Notes under the pieces: model-generated | Told to the model about the DNA's origin: nothing | Seen by the model: the letters and a program-made list of their open reading frames with translations, nothing else | Database searches by the model: none | Made by a program: the position numbers and the translations under genes | Source: Balanoglossus misakiensis | Lineage: Eukaryota; Animalia; Hemichordata | Direction of reading: 5' to 3' | Length of the DNA stretch: 64,000 bases | Assembly: GCA_040954595.2 (NCBI GenBank) | Contig: CM082579.2 | Coordinates: forward strand, 12,153,834-12,217,833 | Shown: piece after piece, positions 53,232-64,000 of the stretch | How positions within the stretch are numbered: position 1 is the stretch's first letter | Layout: each line of letters opens with the position of its first letter

Positions 53232-54668
53232 TCATCCACGGGCGTCATGGAACAATTAAGTTTATGGATAATAATAAACTTAGCATAAAACAAACGCCCT
53301 AAACAAACACAGAATCATATATTTCGTGGTGTTGTTTGGTGTGCACGAGAACTGCAGTAAAGCTGGGTCAGTGTTAACTTTATGTGCGAAACCACACCGT
53401 ACGCGTACCTCCTATACTATGCACCGTACGTTACGTACGATCCAAGGTACGATCTCTGTTGAGCAGTAAAGGCGATGTGTACGCATGCGTGCGCGCCCGC
53501 GACTGATCTGTACTGTGACTGTGTACGTGTACATACAGGGTATGAAACGAATTTTCAACCCACCGCCATTCGGCAACTATTACGAAGAGAATCGCTACCA
53601 AATCAGAGTATGCGTTTAAGATGACATAGAAACCTAATGTCTGGCTATTCATGTTTCAAAAGTCGGTCGAACATTCGAGACATTATTGATCGAAAAGTGT
53701 CACTCGTCCTGGGGACGTGCGTTACCGACGTAAAATGGCGTTTGGGCGATGTCGCAAATTTCGCCCTGAAAGGTATACGTAGGACATACCGTTTTCATGC
53801 AAAAATAAGTTCTAGCAAATTTAACAGTGATGCACATTGAAAAACGTCCACCATGACTTGGAGGAGGTGAGCTGAGCTCACGCATAGTTTCATACACATT
53901 ACATGTATATAAGACCCGGCGCTCAAACACGGTACTTCCGGTCACCCGACTCGCAAAGGTTTTGTATAGGGATTTGTTGTATTTTTCACGTTTTTCCGTT
54001 TTATATTCATGATTAATCCAACACTACTCAAGACACATTCTAAGCAAAAATTAAAATCTTTGACTACCTTTCGATGACACTGTTCCGCAGAAAAAAGTGT
54101 CCCCCCTGCCCCCTTTTTTTGGTAACGCACGTCCCCAGAAATATTGGGTGGTCAATGCCTAAGGGGTAACCGTCCTGATATCAATAATTTGCATTTCAAT
54201 ATTTTACACCAGCAAGACCCATGACAAATGAAAAGGGGTACAACATCGATTGGAAAAAATACAATATGCATTATTTTCACGTGTGTTAGTCACCACAGAA
54301 TAAAAAAAAATGTTCGAATTGCCATAAAATGGACATTTACGCCACATAGTATTATTTGTATTTAAGCAGTGATGCGCCCCGGCTCCCAGAGTCGCTAAAT
54401 CGTTTCATGCTTTACTCAAAACAATTTTCTACAACTTTAAACTATTCTCTCTAAAATGTGAAGGGGGGGGGGGGTCACGGAACTGCGCAAATTTTGACTT
54501 AATAATGTTACCTGTATGAGAATTACTTTAAAATAGTGAATTGTAATTAAAAACAAGGTGTTTTCTTCTTTGCAAAAAAAATAACACCTTTAACTATTTT
54601 AATATAGCACGGTATGCATTTCACAAGGTATGTGTATCAATTGCTCAATAAAGGCCTAATATTAATTA

Positions 54669-54811
54669 AGCAATAAAACACCCCCAGCCATGGTATATCA
54701 CGAGATTTTGACCAGTTCACGACATATACGCACGAGCGATAGCGAGTGCGTATATGGAGTTGAACTGGTCAAAATCGAGTGGTATACCATGGCTGGGGGT
54801 GTTTTATTGCT
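54669..54811. repeat. Palindromic (hairpin) interspersed element
   Basis: AGCAATAAAACACCCCCAGCCATGGTATA.. / ..TATACCATGGCTGGGGGTGTTTTATTGCT. Confidence 0.7.
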
Positions 54812-55429
54812 ATTATATTATGCCAGTATATTGAAACTTTGCATAAAACATTTTAAAAAGGCATTTTCTTTAACTATGATATATGACTGTGGTATATGGC
54901 TAATATATCACGGTCACGTGTCGTGTCTCGACCAATCAAATAGCGTGATTTACACCATCAATATACTGGTATAATATAATACCACATATAAGTCAGTATC
55001 AACAAATCTGAGTGAAGATCTGGCGCATACTTTAAGTTGCAAATGCTGCCGGCCGCAAATGGATGGTGAAATGGCTTACAAAAAGCCTCTCTGGAAGCAT
55101 TTTTTCTATTATAGCACAAAGGCGACATTTTTTTACACAGCTGATTGGCAGTAATTATTTGTTTTCGAAAAATCCCCAACCCCTTCCCACATACTGAGCT
55201 GCATACTGTGCAATTGTATTCTCAAAATCATATTCAGGACTGTAGTGCAGTTAGACATTAATAAACTGCTAAAACTGAAAATTATAAGATTTTTAAATGT
55301 ATATTACCCCGAGATTGTGCCATAGGAAACTGTGTCCATAACTGTGTAACTCCCCCGTGGATGACCTCATGCATCGTTTTCAACCCGAAAGGTCCCTGTG
55401 AGGGCGTACTTTGATTGATGACATCGCCC

Positions 55430-55548
55430 GGGGAAATTCCCCTCTGTGAGTGCTCAAAGCGAGGCGGAGGGTCTCCCTTTGAAATTACTTCCGGGTAATC
55501 ATTACACGCCATTCGCAGTGCCGACGGAACCAGTGACCACAAACACAG
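55430..55548 (+). promoter_or_regulatory. NF-kB site and probable non-coding first exon of the Ig/death-fold gene
   Basis: GGGGAAATTCCC at 55430-55441 in a GC-richer patch; donor ACAG|gtgaga at 55548; acceptor ttttcactctag| at 55947. Confidence 0.5.
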
Positions 55549-56063
55549 GTGAGACTTCAAATGCATGTGGTGTTGTCGTGCAGTAGAGGAGAAATATTTC
55601 GACGCAAGTTGCCTGTGGAGTTGATTAGAATGTAAAGCCGTCAATAAGTTAGAAAATAGCACGATATTATTGGTAGGTTCGACAACCTCTACCGCCAATG
55701 ACAATGTGGTCTGTTGTGTGAGGTTTGCGCTATCGCCAATTGCCGCATCGCAGCAGACAAAATGTCACCCTATGAATTAATCTTTTCATGGTAATAGCCT
55801 AGGAAATATCTATTACGATAGCCATACGTTCGGAGATGTGTTCACTTGTATGCGAACTAATCAATGCCAACCCTAGTGGCCAAGCATTGCCCAGTGTTAT
55901 ACCAATACATGTTGACTAATTTGGTGACATGTTATTTTTCACTCTAGATTTCTCTCTCATGAGATTTTTGTGACGGCTAATCAATCATTAGCATCTTTCT
56001 TCTTCCCTTGAAGCCCTTCATACGTCACAGTACTGTATGTCATCACTAACTCAACCTTGAGAG

Positions 56064-59000
56064 ATGTATTGCCATCAGCAACAACCTGGTACTGCAGCCG
56101 ACAACTCCAATGCAGGGCATCAACTGCAGTCGGCGCAACTGGCACCAGACAATCATAATGGTAGAAGTCTAATCCCTACAGTGCATGTAACACCTGCAAT
56201 TGGACAAAGTCTGGATCCGAAGTTCTTCATCGCTAAAGCCGAACCATCTGTAGCCCCTGCTGGTATGTTGAGTCTTCCAGTGTTATTTATCTCCATAACT
56301 TCTATTTATGGTAACCTGTGTTTAAGAGTCCATTATTCTTGTGACTCGGATTTCATTAAAGGGACAAAGCCTCTCTCTCACTGCCCTTTCTCCATTTATT
56401 ATGTTTGATACAAGACATTGTTTTTGTTCATGTACATGTGTATATATATTGAATCAACGTTCAATCACACACACCTTCTATCCCGCTTGTAGACATGAGA
56501 GAGAAAACTCGCCAAAATGAATAATCATTCTCGACCATTTATTCATTTTGGGCGAATTTTTACTCTCATATCATACAAGCGGGGTGTAAGCCTTAAGGTG
56601 TATGTGGTTGAACGTTGATTCACTATATATCCACATGTACATTAACATAAATGTTGGCTTGTATCAAAAACATAAATAATGCAAAAAAGGGAGAGAGAGA
56701 GAGACTTTGTCCCTTTAAGATTAACAAGTCATGCCAAAGTCATTGCAGACAAAAAACAATGACTGCGCAAATGTTCATCAAGAATCACAGATGATTGTTT
56801 TGAAAGATTTCTACTCATACCTTAATTGCACTCATCCAATAGGGACATCTGTTCAGCTCTCAGTATCCAACAAGCATGCTGAACATCGACCAATGTCAGT
56901 TACGTGGTCCTTTGATGGCAAAGTGATATGCAAATACTCAGAGGGGAGAGAAATAAATCCATTTGAAATAAAAAACGTCCAAGTTGGAAACTCAGGTACC
57001 TATGAGTGGACTGTGATCACAACAAATAGTTCTACTTCATCTGGACAAGTACATTTATCAGTTGTTCCACGTAAGTGTGTCTTTTAGACATTTTTAAACA
57101 TTATTTGATAAATTTTATGTTATTATCTGTATGTTTATACTAATGATGAAATATTCAGTGGTCATGAGATAACTCTAGGATGGTTACCCCCTGGACATAT
57201 TTATATTTATCCACCGAAGATTTGTCCTTACCCTATCTTTAACCTGTGCACTAACTGGTGGGTGTCCAGGGGAAAACCATCCTATACACTGTCATCAGTG
57301 GTATACATACACAACCTTTACATGGGCCTTGATACAACCCTGGGATTCAGACCCGCGTCAGCAATCCAAAGACAGCTAGCACATGGCTGTTACAGGGGTT
57401 GCCATACAGGGCTGTAAGGATGAGTATTCATAACAAGTGCTGGGGACAAAGTGGTGTGACTGCAGCTACAGTCTGAAATTTCTGCCTGTCCAAGACATGA
57501 CTATACAGTGCAAGGACACAACCTAACTCAGGCCTCCATATGTAATTCTGAAATCCGTCCAATTTCAGATCCTGTAACAGATGCCGTTTCTCTGGACATG
57601 TTAGGCTAATAAAATGAAATGTGTCTGGTCAGCGCGCGGGTCACATGGCAGCCACGGCAAACTTGAACTGTTTCAGCCATAGAGGTCTGCAAACATGAAA
57701 GTTATAAATGGCGAAGTACGTTCCGATCTGAATTTTCCCCACCTGTCTTATCATTAGCTTAATCCAGAATACAAGCTATAGCATTTCCCATTAAGCACCT
57801 GCTAACGACTTAATCTGTGTGCCCCATCCACCGATTAAGTTGATAAAGTAAACATCGGTCAGAGAGTATTGGTTATAACAAGAGGCTGACCGATGTTTAC
57901 TTTATCCACTAAATCCGTGGATGGGGCACACAGATAGAGTCGTAAGCAGGTGCTTAATGGGAAATGCTATAGCTTGTATTCTGGATTAGCAACTGATAAG
58001 ATAGGTGGGGGTAACATAGAAAAATAAACAAGCACAAAGACTGTTCAGCAAGTACTGTTTATTGGGGGAAAATGCAGATCAGAACTCCACCATTTATAAT
58101 TTTTATTTTTGCAGCCCCTTGTGGTTAGGCCAAGAAAATGAAATGTGTCTGGTCAGCGCGTGGGTCACTTGAATAACAGCACATCACCCATTTTTTTCCT
58201 GATTTGTGGTGGCAGCCAAGATTCAGCAAGATTTTATAATCACTAGACACTTTGGGGCGCATGATCAGTGTCTGCATGAACAGTATACATGCGACTATAT
58301 TGATAAAACTATAAAACTGACCGTCCTTCCTCCCTTGAGGGAATTCTTTTTAATTGTGTCGCCGCAGCATTTTTTTTAAAAAAAGGCCTGACCACAAACA
58401 TTTCTTTTTTAGGCCTTACAGGTACTGAGCAGTACCTGTTGTGTCTTGAAATCTAACTGTAGTTTTCTGACGTGTATGATACCTGTGCTAAAGAGCAATG
58501 TTCCCTCTGTGGTTTTGTGAAGATGCAAATGTTGTGGATAATTGCCACTGGGTGGTTCAAAAAGGGGTAATCATTACGACCATCCTTACCTTTTAGTGAC
58601 AATACAAAAGTCTGTTCGAAAGTAAATTCAAATCTTATACTCCAGCATTTGTGTGTCACTTCAGCAGGAGGAGAGATGCAATCGAATAGTGAAGAACAAA
58701 GGTTGAATGGAAGTGGTCGGCATGGAAATAGTGATGGGGATGATGAACATGATGATGATAAGCAAGGAGCTGCTGGAGGCAGAGCATCTGGTAATCAGGA
58801 AGGTATGTAAAATTGAATAATTTTAAGGTATACTTCTAGTTGTTAGGTAAGGACGGATCCCAAATACATATTTTTGAAACTTTATATTGCTGAAAATGTA
58901 GAAGAAAACAGTGTTCACCATCTTGTTTTGATAAAAACAACTACCTTATTTTTATCCATAAAGTTAACAACAGATTGGCAGCCATTTGACTTTCAAACTT

Positions 59001-61786
59001 GAGAAGATTTGGCCCTCCCCAAGATATCCCCAGCCCTTTTTTATTCCCATTATTAATTGAAAATATTGTCATTTTCCTGATTTTGTATATGTTTTATATC
59101 AATGACTTTTAAACACAAAAAACTACTGTTTCGAACAGGGTCTACCATATTGTGGAAAATGCTGAGCTACCACTTTTCTTGCACTCCTATTAATGCTATA
59201 CTTTTTCCATGGTGAAACAACTGAACTGCTCTATCAAAAAAGCAATCTTATTGACATAATGTTTTCTTTATATCATTTAATATAAAATACTACTCTTTTG
59301 ACACGTACCTTTTGAGAAACTTCACTTGTCAAGAATTGCCTGAACTTGAGATGAATTGTTATGGTTTTTTTGATAACAAACTTTCTTTGTATACTCCAAC
59401 AAGTTTTTTTGTGACTGTCCCAGGTTGTTTCAGCACTAGTTCTTTCATAAATCCAGTACTTCATTTTCCCAAGTTTGTGACATTAGTGATGAACTGCAAC
59501 GCAGGTATGAATCGCGATTGGAGCACTCATAATTAAAGTCAATGTGCATATATCAACATCAGCTGTATTCCTCATTTTTTTCTCCTACACAGATGTTTGC
59601 CTAGCCACAAACAATGGCAACAGAATACCTCAAATGACATCACAGGATCCCAGGAAGACACAGGGTCAAAGTTCAACAGAAACTGCTATGAATGTCAAAC
59701 TGGACAGTCTATTGAAAGGTATAAGGGTAGAAGATTGTTTCTATTTTAATTGTGATTTAACATTGTTTCTATTTATTGTGATTGTCCCATATATATATAC
59801 ATGTATATGGGTCACTCACAATAATACATGTACCTGTATGTATACAAACCACTGGGGCCATATCGGATCAGCCAGTTTCTTTTGTATGTAATTTCAGCAA
59901 ATCTTTTATGAAAAATGGTTTGATTTTGGGAATGATGATTAGATACATGTCATAGAAGTAATAGTTATGTATTTTGCGCAACTTCACGTAAAATTTTGGA
60001 TTTTGGTTTTAATATAAATTTGACAGAATATCTTCAATTTTGAAAGAGTATTAATCTTATTATTTTATATCCCAACAGGTATACCTGAAGCCTTACAAAA
60101 AAAGCCGACTGTAGGTATGAAAGCTTCAGAAATACTCTATCTTTGTAACCTTAAAACTATCAGGAAAGCAAATAACATGGCTATTTCATGTCAGAGTCTG
60201 CTTATGTTAGTGTCAATTACCTCAGTGTTGATGATTTCATACAAATAATATTATATTAGTATATTCCATGAGATTACAAAATTTTATTTAAAAATTAAGT
60301 GTAAAATGTTGTTCACATCGAAGAAGTATTCTAGAAAAAATGTTTCTTAGGTGTCTTTTTCTTTCATTATAATGATCATTGTGTATGTTTTACATTGTAG
60401 AATGTAGGCATCTGTCTGTTTATTTGTGTGTTTGTTTGTTTGTCTAACTGTCTGTTACATGTACATCATGTATTTGAGACTTGTAATTAGTGAGGCTAAT
60501 TGTTAAACTTAAATGCAAAATATATTTACATTTCCAGAGACACACTTTTTGTATAAGTCACATGTGGAATCAATCTGTATGCAACAGAAACTTACTGCAA
60601 ATCAAGGAAGACACAAGATGGGGGCAAATCAATTATCAGGTAAACAATGTAACAATAAACTACATTTTGGATTTTATTACACGGCATCACCCAGAGACTG
60701 TGAAATATACCTTCATATGAATGCCAATGCCCATTTATTTAATTGCCAACGTTTATATCACAAGAACACTTCTTTAAAATGTCTCATATGAGCATTCTTT
60801 CTCATCCTGTGCTCAGTATGTGAAGTTTGTGATAGTAGATGAAACATGAAATTCAAATTCAAATTTTACCGCATTACATTATATGACATTTTTTTTTCCT
60901 TCACATTCAAAGGTTTGGGCAAAACTGACGAGCAATGTCTCGCTGAGTTTTCAAAACTGAATATCAGCCCAGACCAGCAACATTGTGACCAAATTGTATG
61001 TCCAGTTGGTAAAGAACAGTCAATTGAAAACAATGAACTTGTTCCGAGTGTAAGTCCTGACCTGTTGACCACTGCAGATCCAAAATTAGAATGTAAGTGT
61101 ATATCCCTCTGCCGTTCTCTCATACATAATTTCTTGTGTTTTGACATTGTAGCAAGCTTTGAATATCAATAATGGTGGAAGCATGTTTTTGTGAGGAAAT
61201 TGTTGTAGAGTATTGTTTTCAAATCACAGGCATTGGATTTTATTGCTGATTAATTGAGTTTGTATGGCTCACATCTGATCAAGATTTGTCAAGTTCTTAT
61301 TAAAGCATAATTAGTAGAAACTGAATTTTATGAAATTTTTCAAGGCCCCCTAGTGTATTTATCATAAATTTGCATACTGCAGTGGAAAGTTGTTGAAGCG
61401 TTCTCACTCACTCTCACACACTCTCCCTCCCTCTCGAAGGTGCCAAGTGTACAAAACGTATAGGAGACATGATGAACAACCAAGACTTGATGTGCGAACT
61501 GAAGTTTGTGATGTCTCCTGAGGGTGACAAATTGCGCATGTTTGGTGGCCGTCTTGGCATCAAAGACGAGAAGCTCACATATATGTTGAAGGTTTCTCCA
61601 GAACAGGCCGTCAGAGGTATCTTCCAACAACTGAAAAGTTCAAGGCCAAACTTACGAGTTGCACACGTACTTGAGGCTCTGTACAGGCCATCTGTAGACT
61701 TTACATGGTGTGATGTCATTGAAAAGATTCATACATGGCATACAATTTGCCCAGCCTGTCAACTTGTGTACCAGAAAATTTTTTGA
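56064..61786 (+). CDS. Uncharacterised ~451-aa protein: intracellular Ig-like domain, low-complexity linker, C-terminal death-fold-like domain
   Basis: All-phase-1 exon chain 56064-56262, 56843-57070, 58665-58802, 59593-59718, 60079-60114, 60538-60639, 60913-61092, 61440-61786 (1356 nt, open). Ig-like: GTSVQLSV..VTWSFDG..FEIKNVQVGNSGTYEWTV. C-terminal helical: LRMFGGRLGIKDEKL..AVRGIFQQLKSSRPNLRVAHVLEAL..DVIEKI. Confidence 0.75.
56340..56731. repeat. ~390-bp intronic palindrome (MITE-like)
   Basis: TTAAAGGGACAAAGCCTCTCTCT.. / ..AGAGAGACTTTGTCCCTTTAA; arms pair up to a central loop near 56530. Confidence 0.7.
57680..58120. mobile_element. Palindromic MITE
   Basis: Arms 57750-57862 and 57884-58010 are reverse complements; the same family occurs at 11140-11320. 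Confidence 0.7.
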
Positions 61787-64000
61787 ACTTTGAACCTTTT
61801 TAATAATCATGAAAAAATGTGTCATTTACATTCCCTCATTTCATGCAATTTATTTATACAAAAATGAATTGTGATTTTATTAGTAGTTGGATGTAACACA
61901 ATCATGTTTTTTATCGAACAACCTGTTAAACCAAATAGATATTGCACAGTACAGGCACTGAATTGCTAATTATGTACTGTGGGTTACCAGAGAATTTTAG
62001 AGTAAAGAGGCAATGCAAGTGTGAGGTTTTTAAATTTATTTTGTTGCTGTGTACATAACGCAGATGCAATGACAACAGAGCAGCCAATCAGATATAGTAG
62101 AAGCTACAGACAAGTCACATGACAGTATCCGATTTTTCATCATATTGTGTGTATCTCTCTTGCTTTTTGAGAAAAACTTTTTCAGGTTAGCTTGTTCCAC
62201 ATCATAGCGTTATTGGTAAGAGATTCACAGAAACAAAATAGAAAATCAAAGCGTTGACACACATATCAACGTTACTATCATTTTAAAATAGGACCCACTT
62301 AGGAACAGGCAAGTTATCTTCTTTTCTTCATTCATGACAAGTTAAAGGCCCGCGTTGATTATCAAATTAAACTAACAATTTATTTGTCTATTAAAACATT
62401 TCAGTGACAAACAAAATACTATGTATTTTGCTAAGACAAAACACAAAACTAGTTAACATGTAATTTCTTAAGTAGCATGGCCCTTGGTACATTTACAGGA
62501 ATCAAAAAATTAAGTATGAACTGTTTGTTTAGGTTTGTTCTTATTTTTAGTTTCATAATGTTTTGAACATGGTTGTTTTTGTGAAGAATATACAAATTTT
62601 ATCTGTTTTATAGATTTAATTGCATTTTAAGAAATTAATAAGCTGGCAAGAATTTCATTTTGTATTTTTTTGTGGACTTTAATTTTTTTAATGATTTCAT
62701 TCCTACTGGGAAAATGTCTTCCTATATTTTAACATCTTCTACTGAAGAAAATACAGTCACAATATTATCAGTGTAATTTTAAATTTTCATGAAATTTATT
62801 CAGTTTGCTTGTAATTTATACATTTGGTTCTTGCCACACACAACTCAAATACTTAATTCGAAGCAATCATTTTGACACAATTTTCTAATTTAAACATGTA
62901 TATGAATGCAGTACTCTTGAAATGTACTGGATATGTGAGAAAAAATGGTGTGCCTGTGTTCAAAATTTAACAAAAGTGACAAATAAGGTATACCCGTACA
63001 TTAACAAGAGTGACATTTTAATACATGGTGATGATTAACATACACTACTGTTTAATGTCAGAATAGGAGCCTATATTTCTATTTTTCTAGGTCATTTTAT
63101 CTTCATAGTCATATGATTACTTTTAGTTTTGGATTTCAAAGAAGTTGCATCTTAAGTACTATGTATGTATTATTCATTTATATGAATAATTGTTCATGCA
63201 TTATAGCAATAACAATATCAGGGGGAAATTCATGAAATGTGAACGTTTTATGTTCCAATAGCCTTTCCCATCATGATTGAACTGTTTCTTGTTGTAGTGA
63301 AGTTGTGAAATGCATTAGAGTTAACAAAACCTTCCGTCTCTGCACTTTGCCAACAGTATCAAGAGTGCCTTCAGGTCTTCCAATAATATAAATGTTGTCT
63401 GACTATTTCCATGTCAAATTGTAGTTCCAATTTGAATTTAGCAAATTTTGCTGACATTAAGTCTTAAATTGCAGAGTTTTCTGGCCATTTTCCAATACCA
63501 GATTCCTAAGATCAGGCCTTTAGTTTTCCAGACATGCAGTTGCAGTAAATTTTTCAAAGGATTTTCATGGTGGATTAAAGTTCATTTATTTTCTAAATTC
63601 AAGGACTTTCGAGAATTGTACAAAGTCTGGTGATATCAAAATTACCTAGATACTGTAATATATATTTGACATATATTACAAGAACTTCTGTTGTAAATTG
63701 CATTTCATATCATATATCAAATAAAGTAATGTTTTTTTGTAAAAAGAATATTTTTCAGTGTATTAACCTAATCAAGCAATCTGCTCCCAGTAGCACACTT
63801 CCAGTAATCTGCACTTGAACATAAGGGTTAGGAAAGTTTACTTGAAAGACCACTGCCTTCCATTGAAGGTGACACTCACAAATGAACCTTAAACTTGCAT
63901 CTACTGTCAGTAAAGCCATGTCTCAGATTTTGATATATTTGATATATAAAGTAAACAAAGGGCCCTGGGAAAGGACTATGTAGGTCAAGGTGTCATAGCA

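Noticed and set aside
55282-55704. 140-aa minus-strand ORF
   Set aside because: Non-ATG start, no recognisable motif, and overlaps the GC-richer promoter patch of the plus-strand gene.
61790-64000. Possible further gene at the right edge
   Set aside because: AT-rich and UTR-like; only short ORFs without motifs or a convincing exon structure.

Overview
AT-rich, intron-rich animal genomic DNA, not prokaryotic. The repeat content and gene set suggest a marine invertebrate, probably a deuterostome such as a hemichordate (inference). Three innate-immunity-type genes can be built by hand from splice sites and phase continuity. (1) The 5' end of a TNF-receptor-family gene (minus strand) that runs off the left edge. 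(2) A complete 37-coding-exon, ~1905-aa DDX60-like SKI2-family antiviral RNA helicase (minus, 46026->6878) with an extra ~130-aa acidic N-terminus. (3) A divergently transcribed 8-exon, ~451-aa gene (plus, 56064->61786). It encodes an apparently cytoplasmic cysteine-less Ig domain, a long linker, and a C-terminal death-fold-like domain bracketed by CxxC and HxxCxxC. The upstream regions carry consensus ISRE/IRF and NF-kB motifs, and DDX60 has a tandemly duplicated promoter/first-exon module. Introns hold many non-autonomous TEs with readable TIRs and TSDs, including a four-level nest (LINE > IS3EU-like > Helentron/DINE-like > TTAA MITE). Most ORFs in the supplied track are spurious. All exon and TE boundaries were read manually and are unverified by alignment or RNA data.
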